Virus record (IMG/VR): IMGVR_UViG_3300045988_077113
Length of the DNA: 50,745 bases
Strand: one strand, 5' to 3'
Source: a virus
The notes beneath the pieces are model-generated. The model did not search any database. It was not told where the DNA came from and worked only from the letters and a program-made list of their open reading frames with translations. Each line of letters starts with the position of its first letter. Positions within the stretch are counted from its first letter, which is position 1. Below, piece after piece: positions 1-7,535 of this stretch. The translations under genes and the position numbers were made by a program.

Positions 1-55
1 ACATTCGGGTGTCCGACTGTTTAAGAAAACAAGACGTTGCAATCTATTTGAAAAT
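1..55. repeat. Terminal direct repeat, identical to 50691..50745
   Basis: 55/55 identity read directly. Consistent with the overlap of a circular contig. Confidence 0.95.
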
Positions 56-88
56 ACAGGACTTTTCCGAAGAAAGGAAAAGTGAAAA

Positions 89-1219
89 ATGAAAGAATTA
101 TCCTTCAAAATTCAGGGCGAATTTGTGTGTCACCTGGCCCGTTCCTGGTTCTGGGAAGAAGGCCGCGAATATGAAAAATGCGAAGAACTTCTTCTTTCCT
201 GTCTTATGACGGACGAAATATCCGAAGAAGAAAAGAAGAAAATTGTCGTTGAAATTCTGGAAGGCCGGAAGATCCTTGTCGGCGTGAATGAACTTGAACT
301 TGTAGAGGACGGCGAACGGATCCGGCCGCTGACGGATAAATTCAAAGAGTACCAGAAAAAAGAAATGATCCGAAAAATCGAAGAAGACATCCAGCGGCGG
401 CCGCTGGCTTATCTGGATCCGTATTCTTGCGATAAAAATGTAAATGAATATAAACCGGTTGACAATCTGGTTTTCGATGATGAACGGGACGTTCAGGAAG
501 CCTTCGGGCGTCATTTGACACCATACCAGGAAATCAGATTGTGGGCCTATTCTTCCGAAAATTTATGGTATCATGCCAGCCGACTTCTTCCTGGCTTCTG
601 GGATGAAAAAGAACGAAAGTATCTGGACAACGGCCTTTATTTGATTGAACGGCCTAAACTTGTTTACGAATTGATCGGCGGCCCGGTAACAGATCAGAAC
701 GAAGGAAAACTGTTTGCGCTGTTAAAAAATCACTTGAAATCGCTTGTAGACAATGGGTTCGCCACTGGTGAAAAGGCGAAAGAAATCATACATCGCAATA
801 TGAAGTATGACGCGGCCATGAAAGAAATTAACCAGGAGCGCCAGGAACAGACAGAAGAAAAACCGAATTCCGATCAGCTGAATAGAACCACATCCCCGGA
901 CGATTTCCTTTCCGAATATGGATTGATAGATCCTTCCGGCAATTATTACAGTTGTTCGTTTGCTGGACATCATACGAAAGCACATTATATTTTAAAGGCC
1001 AGGGAAAGAAAGCTTTACGATTTCGACGAAGCCCTGGACAAATTATATTCTGACGGATGGGCGATCATTCGGAACCCAGATCCGGGCGGAAGCGTATTCT
1101 TTGATTACAGAGCCGACAGACGACCAACGAAACGCCAGATCGACACCGCTTTCGACCACATGATAAGATTCAACGAACGCACACTTCCAGGAATTAAAGA
1201 ATATCTTGAACACGAATGA
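89..1219 (+). CDS. Hypothetical protein (376 aa), accessory region
   Basis: Long ORF with SD gaaaggaaaagtgaaaaATG, followed by a hairpin terminator. No family recognised. Confidence 0.6.
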   Translation: MKELSFKIQGEFVCHLARSWFWEEGREYEKCEELLLSCLMTDEISEEEKKKIVVEILEGRKILVGVNELELVEDGERIRPLTDKFKEYQKKEMIRKIEEDIQRRPLAYLDPYSCDKNVNEYKPVDNLVFDDERDVQEAFGRHLTPYQEIRLWAYSSENLWYHASRLLPGFWDEKERKYLDNGLYLIERPKLVYELIGGPVTDQNEGKLFALLKNHLKSLVDNGFATGEKAKEIIHRNMKYDAAMKEINQERQEQTEEKPNSDQLNRTTSPDDFLSEYGLIDPSGNYYSCSFAGHHTKAHYILKARERKLYDFDEALDKLYSDGWAIIRNPDPGGSVFFDYRADRRPTKRQIDTAFDHMIRFNERTLPGIKEYLEHE

Positions 1220-1223
1220 ACCG

Positions 1224-1247
1224 AAGCCGCCAGAAATGGCGGCTTTT
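1224..1247 (+). terminator. Intrinsic terminator
   Basis: AAGCCGCC-agaaat-GGCGGCTT followed by a T run. Confidence 0.7.
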
Positions 1248-1261
1248 CACTTTATAGTGTA
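1247..1261. promoter_or_regulatory. Upstream operator-like site TCACTTTATAGTGTA
   Basis: Near copy of the TACACT-N4-AGTGTA palindrome, about 52 bp upstream of the copy inside promoter 1290..1318. Confidence 0.45.
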
Positions 1262-1289
1262 AAAAGTAAAGAAAATGTATAATAAATAC

Positions 1290-1318
1290 TTGACATATTA
1301 CACTTTATAGTGTATTAT
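1290..1318 (+). promoter_or_regulatory. Sigma70-type promoter with embedded palindromic operator
   Basis: TTGACA, 17-nt spacer, TATTAT. The spacer contains TACACTTTATAGTGTA (1299..1314). Confidence 0.7.
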
Positions 1319-1360
1319 ATAGCCATAACAAAGGAACACACAAGGAAAGGAAATAAGCAC

Positions 1361-2101
1361 ATGGCTAGTATAGAATTTATTCAAAAAAGAGTTGACGGCG
1401 CAAAAACCAAAATCGAAAAACTGAATAAGAAGCTAGAAAGAATTGAAATTGCTAAGGCTTCCAACTATGAAGAAAACAACCCGTATTGTTATAGTGATTA
1501 TGACCTTCGATACACGGTTCGCGATCTTGAAGAAGCGAAGGCAAACCTTCAAAAATACGAAAATCAGCTTGCAAAAGAACAAGAAAAGGCCGGAAGTAGA
1601 AACGTTAAAGCGATCAACGACTTCCTGGACAAATGGTTGCAAAACTGTATTGAATATTTCGATTCGGAATATCAAAAATACCAGGCCGCCCTGGAAGAAT
1701 ATTTTCGAAAAGATCGGGAGTATTGCCAGCGCTTTAACAACAGAAGCAATCAGACACCAGAAGAAAGAAAAGCAGACAGAAAAGAACACGACAAAATGAA
1801 AAGAGATTTCCACGCGGCATGGGCGCACGTTACACAGTTCGATCACGGTTCCCTTCCGTGGCGCGAAACAATGGTGAAAGATCTTACCAAGGAAAGAATT
1901 CGAAAGTATGATGATATTATCGAACGGACAAACGAAATCGTCGGAAAGATAACAGACGCCAGTAAACTTCGAGTTTCTCCGAAAGGAAATCTTGATGGTA
2001 TAGTTATCGGCGAAAAAGGCACAGCAAAAGTCCAGACAATCGGTGCTGGTGGATATAATATTCAGTGTTTCCATTTTCGGACGCTTATCAATCCGATGTA
2101 A
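1361..2101 (+). CDS. Hypothetical coiled-coil-rich protein (246 aa)
   Basis: ATG at 1361 preceded by caaggaaaggaaataagcac. The track ORF starts earlier at a non-ATG codon. Lies downstream of promoter 1290..1318. Confidence 0.6.
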   Translation: MASIEFIQKRVDGAKTKIEKLNKKLERIEIAKASNYEENNPYCYSDYDLRYTVRDLEEAKANLQKYENQLAKEQEKAGSRNVKAINDFLDKWLQNCIEYFDSEYQKYQAALEEYFRKDREYCQRFNNRSNQTPEERKADRKEHDKMKRDFHAAWAHVTQFDHGSLPWRETMVKDLTKERIRKYDDIIERTNEIVGKITDASKLRVSPKGNLDGIVIGEKGTAKVQTIGAGGYNIQCFHFRTLINPM

Positions 2102-2132
2102 AGAAAGAGCCGCCCGAAGGCGGCTTTCTTTC
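2101..2132. terminator. Bidirectional intrinsic terminator
   Basis: AGCCGCC-cgaa-GGCGGCT flanked by an A-rich 5' side and a T-rich 3' side, between convergent genes. Confidence 0.7.
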
Positions 2133-4138
2133 TAATCTTTCCCATTCGGCCCGTGTTCGCAAGCGATTAACTGTTCGCCGCAGATCGGACACCGTTCAAT
2201 TCCACATTTCCAATGGTGCCAGCGGCCGGCCTGGGCGGAACATTCAGGACACACAGCACCGGCGACGCCGTGGAACTTGTCGCCTGGATCCCCGACCTTG
2301 ATCCGGCGGTATGGCTTACCGGCGAAATCGAAGGTTCTTGTCCGACATCCGCACGTCGAACCGATACGGCCGCCGCACTTCTGACAGACCGGAAGATCCG
2401 CCGGGGTTGAATATGTGAATTCATGGACAAGACCGTTCACGAACCGGATTGACTGGACGCGGCCTTCCAGAATTTCGATCCGGTCGATTACCTGATCGAC
2501 AAAATCCTTCAGGATTTCGTTGTCCAGGTCAAGGGCCATCTGGATATAATCGACGTGTTTCTTCGAAACGATCCTTTGAGCGACCAGGAACGCCGACGCC
2601 TTCCTGATGAATTCCAGGTCGGCCAGATCGTCCTTGTCGCCCGTGGCCTGGCTGGCTTCGATCTGTTTTTCATATCCGGCGATCTTATTCACAAGATCCC
2701 TTTTCTTCTTTGCGAATTCTTCTTTCGTCATGGAATCGGGATCGTAAAGATAAAGATCCGTCAACCGGTCGATCGCGGTCTTACACTTATCAAGTTCGCG
2801 TTTCAGAATGGAAAGCTGTTCGGCCGCCGTGTAATCGTCGTCACTGCCTGAAAGGTCGATGTCCGGCAGATACGCACCTTTTCCGACTTCCTGGAAGGCC
2901 AGGGCGTCGAACGTCCGGCGAAGGCTTTCTTTGCTGACCTTCATATTTTCGAATTCTGGCCCCTTCAAAAGTTCCTTTTCCAACTGTTCCAGGGTTTTAA
3001 TGTTCTTAAAATTCTTCTGGATCCGCGCCAGGTTCGCCACATAGTTAAAGATAAACGGACCGATGTAACTTTCGTTTACCGTCTTCGAGTTGTCGCAGTC
3101 CATCATTCGCGACCGCTGTGCGCAACGGTACATTGACGGCCGCCAGCCGTTCGCCCTGGCTCTATCCTTCGACGCGATCATATTCGCGCCGCACTTGCCG
3201 CACACCAGCCGGCCGGAAAAGGTGTGAACGTACTTCCTGGCCCGAAGGTCGGACGTGTCACGGCTGGTTCCGTTTTCATCCATTATCGCGTTGCAACAGT
3301 CGAACTGCTCCTTCGCGATAATGGCCGGGTGATTATTTTCCCGGACGATCCATTCGCTTTCCGGCTTCAATGGGCCGCGGCCGGACTCACGCAAATTATA
3401 CCGATACGTCCCGATATAAAACGGATTTCGGATAATATCACGGATCAGCTTCGAAGTCCACTGGCCGCCACGCTTCGACGCGATCTGATTGTGGTTCAGA
3501 TACCGGGCGATCTTCGTTGTGGAACGAACCCGTTCGTATTCGTCGAAAATAAACTGGACGATCTTCGTTTCTTCTGGATCCGGTTCCGGGAATTTGATTT
3601 CCGGGTTCCAGCGATAGCCGACCGGCATACGCGCACCATTCCACAAGCCCTGTTCCGCACGATCCAGCATGATTCCGGTTACACGTTCGGAAGTCATGTT
3701 CCGTTCAAGTTCGGCGAAAATCAGAATGATTTTCAGCATAGCTTCGCCGATGGCGGTCGAAGTGTCGAACTGTTCGTTCATCGAAATAAATGTGACCTTG
3801 TGGTCTTTTAATTCCTGGTACATCGCCGCGAAGTCCAGAAGATTTCGGGATACACGATCCACCTTCCAGACGATCAGGTGGGAGAATTCCCCGTCCCTGA
3901 CACGCGACATCATTTCTTGAAAATGCGGCCGATCGGTATTCTTCGCCGAATAGCCATCGTCTTCAAAAATCACAAAATCTTCAATTCCTAAAAATTTACA
4001 GTATTCCTTTAACTTTTTACGCTGAAAAGGAAGACTGTCTTTATCAACCTGATACCTTGTCGAGACGCGGACGTATAGGGCCGCTTTCTTTTTCGACCAG
4101 AATTTCAGAATCTTTTTCTTATTCCTGACATAAGCCAT
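2132..4138 (-). CDS. Large serine recombinase (phage integrase type) with extra Cys-rich C-terminal domain
   Basis: N-terminal resolvase motifs ALYVRVSTRYQ and VDRVSRN. Recombinase and zinc-ribbon region (CGKCG), coiled coil, then a roughly 90-aa tail with several CxxC pairs. Confidence 0.9.
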   Translation of the reverse strand: MAYVRNKKKILKFWSKKKAALYVRVSTRYQVDKDSLPFQRKKLKEYCKFLGIEDFVIFEDDGYSAKNTDRPHFQEMMSRVRDGEFSHLIVWKVDRVSRNLLDFAAMYQELKDHKVTFISMNEQFDTSTAIGEAMLKIILIFAELERNMTSERVTGIMLDRAEQGLWNGARMPVGYRWNPEIKFPEPDPEETKIVQFIFDEYERVRSTTKIARYLNHNQIASKRGGQWTSKLIRDIIRNPFYIGTYRYNLRESGRGPLKPESEWIVRENNHPAIIAKEQFDCCNAIMDENGTSRDTSDLRARKYVHTFSGRLVCGKCGANMIASKDRARANGWRPSMYRCAQRSRMMDCDNSKTVNESYIGPFIFNYVANLARIQKNFKNIKTLEQLEKELLKGPEFENMKVSKESLRRTFDALAFQEVGKGAYLPDIDLSGSDDDYTAAEQLSILKRELDKCKTAIDRLTDLYLYDPDSMTKEEFAKKKRDLVNKIAGYEKQIEASQATGDKDDLADLEFIRKASAFLVAQRIVSKKHVDYIQMALDLDNEILKDFVDQVIDRIEILEGRVQSIRFVNGLVHEFTYSTPADLPVCQKCGGRIGSTCGCRTRTFDFAGKPYRRIKVGDPGDKFHGVAGAVCPECSAQAGRWHHWKCGIERCPICGEQLIACEHGPNGKD

Positions 4139-4191
4139 GAAAAGCCCCTTTCCCCAGGAACCGAAAAAAGGGGTATAAAAAAGAAAGCCGA

Positions 4192-4220
4192 TTGCATTTC
4201 CTGGCCTTCTCTGCTATAAT
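4192..4220 (+). promoter_or_regulatory. Near-consensus promoter (TTGCAT-17-TATAAT)
   Basis: Read directly. It faces away from both flanking minus-strand genes. Confidence 0.55.
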
Positions 4221-4226
4221 ATAGGG

Positions 4227-4318
4227 TGCTTATTTCCAATATCAGAAGACCTTTTTCGGTTGCCTGGTATTAAAGCCGGTCAGTGATTGCAGTCGTTGAC
4301 CGGCTGTTTTTTATTTTA
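4227..4318 (+). ncRNA. Candidate ~90-nt sRNA, antisense to the integrase 5' leader
   Basis: Promoter at 4192..4220. Hairpin AGCCGGTCA-N14-TGACCGGCT (4274..4305) plus a T run. No ORF. Confidence 0.35.
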
Positions 4319-4326
4319 TTGTAAAA

Positions 4327-4686
4327 CTACTGAATCAGCCCTTTAATTAAGGCCAACTTGTAAATGTGCTTACAAGGTAAGTGATCGGCTTTGAACGTGC
4401 TACACTGGCACATTCCCAGGCCACACCAGACGTCTTCCTGGTCGTCCGGCGCCTTCATCCTGGCGAAACACTTCTTTTCACTTTCAAAGTGAACGGAAAT
4501 GTCTTCTTCTTTTGCCTGGCGAAGTTTTTCTTTTTGGCCCGGCCGCTGGTGGACTTCATCGGCCCACCGGTGAAACGGCGCTTCGTCGCGTTCTTTTCTC
4601 TTTTGCCATTTCAAGTATATATGGATCTTCCAGGCCCACACGGCCAGGAAGGCGATCACACCGCCGACGGCGATCTTTACGATCAT
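4327..4686 (-). CDS. Membrane-anchored SWIM zinc-finger protein
   Basis: N-terminal TM helix (IAVGGVIAFLAVWAW). C-terminal CQC-x10-CKH matches the SWIM pattern CxCxnCxH. SD ggaaggggtgactgaATG. Confidence 0.6.
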   Translation of the reverse strand: MIVKIAVGGVIAFLAVWAWKIHIYLKWQKRKERDEAPFHRWADEVHQRPGQKEKLRQAKEEDISVHFESEKKCFARMKAPDDQEDVWCGLGMCQCSTFKADHLPCKHIYKLALIKGLIQ

Positions 4687-4780
4687 TCAGTCACCCCTTC
4701 CATAACTTACCGCTATACCTTCGTTTCCGTTAAACTTATAATGACTTAGCCCGGCCTTTTCAGGAAAAGGGGTGGTGCTA

Positions 4781-4909
4781 ATGAAGAAAATTAAATACAT
4801 AGAGTACAAGAGTCGTCGCGTCTACGCGATATATTACGCAAGTTGTCAAGCAATGTATTATAATTTAAGGTTCAACGGAAGGACGAAGATATACTTGTTG
4901 ATCTGGTAG
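4781..4909 (+). CDS. Possible small Tyr/Lys/Arg-rich protein (42 aa)
   Basis: Strong SD aaaaggggtggtgctaATG. It is short and sits between minus-strand genes. Confidence 0.25.
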   Translation: MKKIKYIEYKSRRVYAIYYASCQAMYYNLRFNGRTKIYLLIW

Positions 4910-4940
4910 CTTTTTAAGTAAAGGCCGGGTGGTTTTACAC

Positions 4941-5393
4941 CTAGCCCGTTTCTTTGTTCCGTTCTGGTTCGACCGGCGGAAATTCCTTTTCCAAGTCTTC
5001 CGGTGTCTTCGGCACATCGCCGAACAAGTCTTCGTCCATTACTCCGGTTTCTACCACATTATAAAAGAAATCTCTTACCGTCTGGCGCTGTTCGGCGTCT
5101 AATTTCAAATACTGGTAAACCAGATTATAACTGAAATCATCAAGCCCGAATTCCTTTTTTAATTGTTCCATTGTAGAAGAAGGCGTTTCAATAAACATTT
5201 TCCCTTCCCCAGTCCGAAGCCATTCTTCCGATACACTGAATGTATTACATATATCAAGTATCGTTCTATCAGAAGGATTTCTTTTACCTACTTCGATTAA
5301 AGAAATAGAATTCCTTTTCAGATTAAGCATTTCGGCAAAATCCGCTTGACTCAATCCTTTAGCTTCACGAACTTCTTTGATTCGTGCGTTCAC
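4941..5393 (-). CDS. XRE-family HTH repressor (CI-like)
   Basis: N-terminal HTH (GLSQADFAEMLNLKRNSISLIEVGKRNP). GTG start with SD aaaggaagtgataaaGTG. Adjacent to the operator/promoter cluster. Confidence 0.85.
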   Translation of the reverse strand: MNARIKEVREAKGLSQADFAEMLNLKRNSISLIEVGKRNPSDRTILDICNTFSVSEEWLRTGEGKMFIETPSSTMEQLKKEFGLDDFSYNLVYQYLKLDAEQRQTVRDFFYNVVETGVMDEDLFGDVPKTPEDLEKEFPPVEPERNKETG

Positions 5394-5416
5394 TTTATCA
5401 CTTCCTTTCTGACATC

Positions 5417-5445
5417 AATATAATACATAAATGCTTACTTGTCAA
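5417..5445 (-). promoter_or_regulatory. Repressor-gene promoter (TTGACA-17-TATATT on minus strand)
   Basis: The -35 element lies inside operator half-site 5432..5447. Confidence 0.55.
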
Positions 5446-5523
5446 CAAGGAAAGTTTTATTTTTATGCAAAAAGGTGTTGACAAGTAAGCAATATGGTGT
5501 TATTGTATGATTACAAGTTAGCA
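5432..5523. promoter_or_regulatory. Operator cluster of the lysis/lysogeny switch
   Basis: TGCTTACTTGTCAACA (5432..5447) and its exact reverse complement TGTTGACAAGTAAGCA (5476..5491). A third related site ACAAGTTAGCA is at 5513..5523. Confidence 0.65.
5478..5506 (+). promoter_or_regulatory. Rightward early promoter (TTGACA-17-TATTGT, with TGt extended -10)
   Basis: Read directly. Overlaps operator 5476..5491. Confidence 0.55.
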
Positions 5524-5592
5524 ATGACTTGCAAACAAAAAGGCGCCGCCCGGTGACACGGACGACGCGCTGAATGAAGAAGGGTTTTCTGA

Positions 5593-5769
5593 TTACTTGA
5601 ACCCATAGAAATAAGTGCAACCGCACTTTTCGCATGGCTTCAGATAACCGAAGCGGATATCTTCTGAAACTGGTTTTACATTCTGAACGTGTTCGTTGCA
5701 CTTGTCACAGATGTAATCGCCAGGCTTCACTTCAAGAAAACCTTCTTCTTTCGGAATGACGTAAATCAT
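5593..5769 (-). CDS. Small zinc-ribbon protein (58 aa)
   Basis: Internal ATG of track ORF 5593..6282 with SD ggaaagggggcttcgaaATG. Two CxxC pairs (CDKC, CEKC). Confidence 0.5.
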   Translation of the reverse strand: MIYVIPKEEGFLEVKPGDYICDKCNEHVQNVKPVSEDIRFGYLKPCEKCGCTYFYGFK

Positions 5770-5829
5770 TTCGAAGCCCCCTTTCCTATGAACTAGATCG
5801 GGGCCGGGTGGGCTGGCCCTGATAGGTTC

Positions 5830-5858
5830 ATTATAAAGGGGAAGACTTCGAAAATCAA
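5830..5858 (-). promoter_or_regulatory. Leftward promoter (TTGATT-17-TATAAT on minus strand)
   Basis: Read directly. Upstream of the zinc-ribbon gene and convergent with promoter 5478..5506. Confidence 0.5.
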
Positions 5859-5878
5859 TCAGAAAGGGGGCCGTATTT

Positions 5879-6043
5879 ATGGCAAACACCACCACAGACA
5901 AAAACGTCACGATGGTTCGCAAGGAAGACAAGAACTTCATTCGTTCCATGATGTCACTTCCCCAGGATAAGAAAATTCTGATCCAGGGAATTCTGATCGG
6001 CCTGGAACTGCAAGAGAAACAGACCGCAACGGCGGCCAGATAA
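5879..6043 (+). CDS. Small hypothetical protein (54 aa)
   Basis: ATG preceded by cagaaagggggccgtattt. Too short for the ORF track. Confidence 0.4.
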   Translation: MANTTTDKNVTMVRKEDKNFIRSMMSLPQDKKILIQGILIGLELQEKQTATAAR

Positions 6044-6126
6044 GGCCGCCAGCACTTCGACATATAGCCAGGAAGCCGACTGCAATCGGCGGCTGATGTT
6101 GGAAATAAGCGAAAGGAAAATTGAAT

Positions 6127-6999
6127 ATGGATAACTTTAGAATCTATGACACAATGTTCCGGTTCAATAACGAAACCGAACGACCTTCGGGCGGATGGCG
6201 ACGGAACCAAAAATTCGTTCACGACGCGTATTTTTGGAAAATTCTTAATATGCTGAAAGACGAAGGCTTCGACGTACACCACGACGAAAGCGTTTCGAAG
6301 ATAATTCGAAGGAATTACATCAAAGGAAAACGAAGGGACTTAAAATTCAAGGCCCAGCGATTCCCGGCCGGATTCGAAATTGTTTTCTATCAGGACATTG
6401 TCCACGAAAACCCACACGGCGGTTTTTATGATTTTGATAAACGGCGAAAAATGCCGTACCTGATTGGGCTTCAATATGAAAAATATATGAACCTGATCGT
6501 AAAGAAAATAAAAAGCCTTGTGGAAGTTAAAGACAGATCCAGCATAAAGACAAAGACAGCGGAAGAATGGGTAAAAGCGCGGTACGTTGAATCGTGCCAC
6601 TATCCGCAAACCGACATGAATTTTGATCTTCACGCGCTGGACGGGCAAGGCCACGAAGGCCAGTATGGCCTGGATCGCGACGGAAAAGAAATTCACAACG
6701 GCGACATTAAATACTTCCGTTACTGGTACGACGGCCGGGTATATCGCGGCCGGGTATATTACGATCTCAACATGAACTGGATTGTTATTTTAAACAAAAA
6801 GGACACACGCGTCATTTCTTGCTGGGAATTGTTCGATCTTACGCCGGAAGACAATCTTCACCGGATGAAGGATCCGACGCGATCAGAAGGTTATAAAAAG
6901 TATATGGCCCACCTGGAAAAACTGAAAGCCGAAAAGACAAAGGAACTTGTGATTGAGTTAAAACGCCGCGGCTATGCGGTGAAGATAGAAAGGAAATAA
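6127..6999 (+). CDS. Hypothetical early protein
   Basis: Long ORF. ATG at 6127 follows aaaggaaaattgaat. First gene of a tightly packed four-gene set. Confidence 0.6.
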   Translation: MDNFRIYDTMFRFNNETERPSGGWRRNQKFVHDAYFWKILNMLKDEGFDVHHDESVSKIIRRNYIKGKRRDLKFKAQRFPAGFEIVFYQDIVHENPHGGFYDFDKRRKMPYLIGLQYEKYMNLIVKKIKSLVEVKDRSSIKTKTAEEWVKARYVESCHYPQTDMNFDLHALDGQGHEGQYGLDRDGKEIHNGDIKYFRYWYDGRVYRGRVYYDLNMNWIVILNKKDTRVISCWELFDLTPEDNLHRMKDPTRSEGYKKYMAHLEKLKAEKTKELVIELKRRGYAVKIERK

Positions 7000-7003
7000 G
7001 CAA

Positions 7004-7291
7004 ATGACAAGAGAAAAATTCCGGTTCGCCGGACAGACCGTGAAGGTCAGAAACGAGATCCCGAAGTTCGGCGGCGCCGACTTCACAATCGAAGACTACT
7101 GGCAGAATGTGACCGGTGGCCTTTCCTGGATGGATAGCAACGGCAACCCGGCCGCGATGATGTACGCGATCCGTACCGGTTCCCAGGGCTTTGACGTCCC
7201 GATCGACAACGAAGTCGTTTATGGAAAGATCGGTTCACTTGGTTATCTGTTCCATGTGTCCGAACTGATTCTTCCGAAGGAAGGAGAATAA
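7004..7291 (+). CDS. Hypothetical protein (95 aa)
   Basis: ORF with SD. 4-nt gap to the upstream gene. Confidence 0.55.
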   Translation: MTREKFRFAGQTVKVRNEIPKFGGADFTIEDYWQNVTGGLSWMDSNGNPAAMMYAIRTGSQGFDVPIDNEVVYGKIGSLGYLFHVSELILPKEGE

Positions 7292-7295
7292 GCAC

Positions 7296-7535
7296 ATGGC
7301 ACAGGAAAAGGAAATCAAGAATTTTGTTTTCAACTACACCGACGGCACAAGCGAAACCGTCGAAAAAGGTTTCTTTTGCAAGATCAAAGACGAACCAAAC
7401 GGCGAAGCGACATTGAGTTTCGAAATGGTCGGCGTATCTGGAAAAGACCTGACACAAATTGTTCTGGGTTGCGTCGAGTTGGGCGCGCGCCTGGGAATGT
7501 TCGATAAAAAGGAAAGTGAGGAAATAAGCGAATGA
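7296..7535 (+). CDS. Hypothetical protein (79 aa)
   Basis: ORF with SD ggaaggagaataagcacATG. Its stop overlaps the next start. Confidence 0.55.
   Translation: MAQEKEIKNFVFNYTDGTSETVEKGFFCKIKDEPNGEATLSFEMVGVSGKDLTQIVLGCVELGARLGMFDKKESEEISE

Noticed and set aside
1-55. 55-bp direct repeat at both window ends as a biological feature (att core duplication or phage DTR)
   Set aside because: An exact 55-bp overlap is what a circular contig from a k=55 assembly graph produces, and genes run continuously across it. It cannot be fully excluded without reads. The candidate attP palindrome overlaps it only by coincidence of where the contig was cut.
4274-4305. 9-bp-arm inverted repeat next to the integrase gene considered as attP
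   Set aside because: It has perfect GC-rich arms and is directly followed by a T run downstream of a good promoter, so it reads as an intrinsic terminator. A better attP candidate exists at 50686..50715.
5770-6282. Upstream 171 codons of the 229-aa minus-strand track ORF 5593..6282
   Set aside because: There is no SD at the far start. It overlaps the plus-strand genes 5879..6043 and 6127.. and a promoter. Only the last 58 codons, which have a strong SD, look like a gene.
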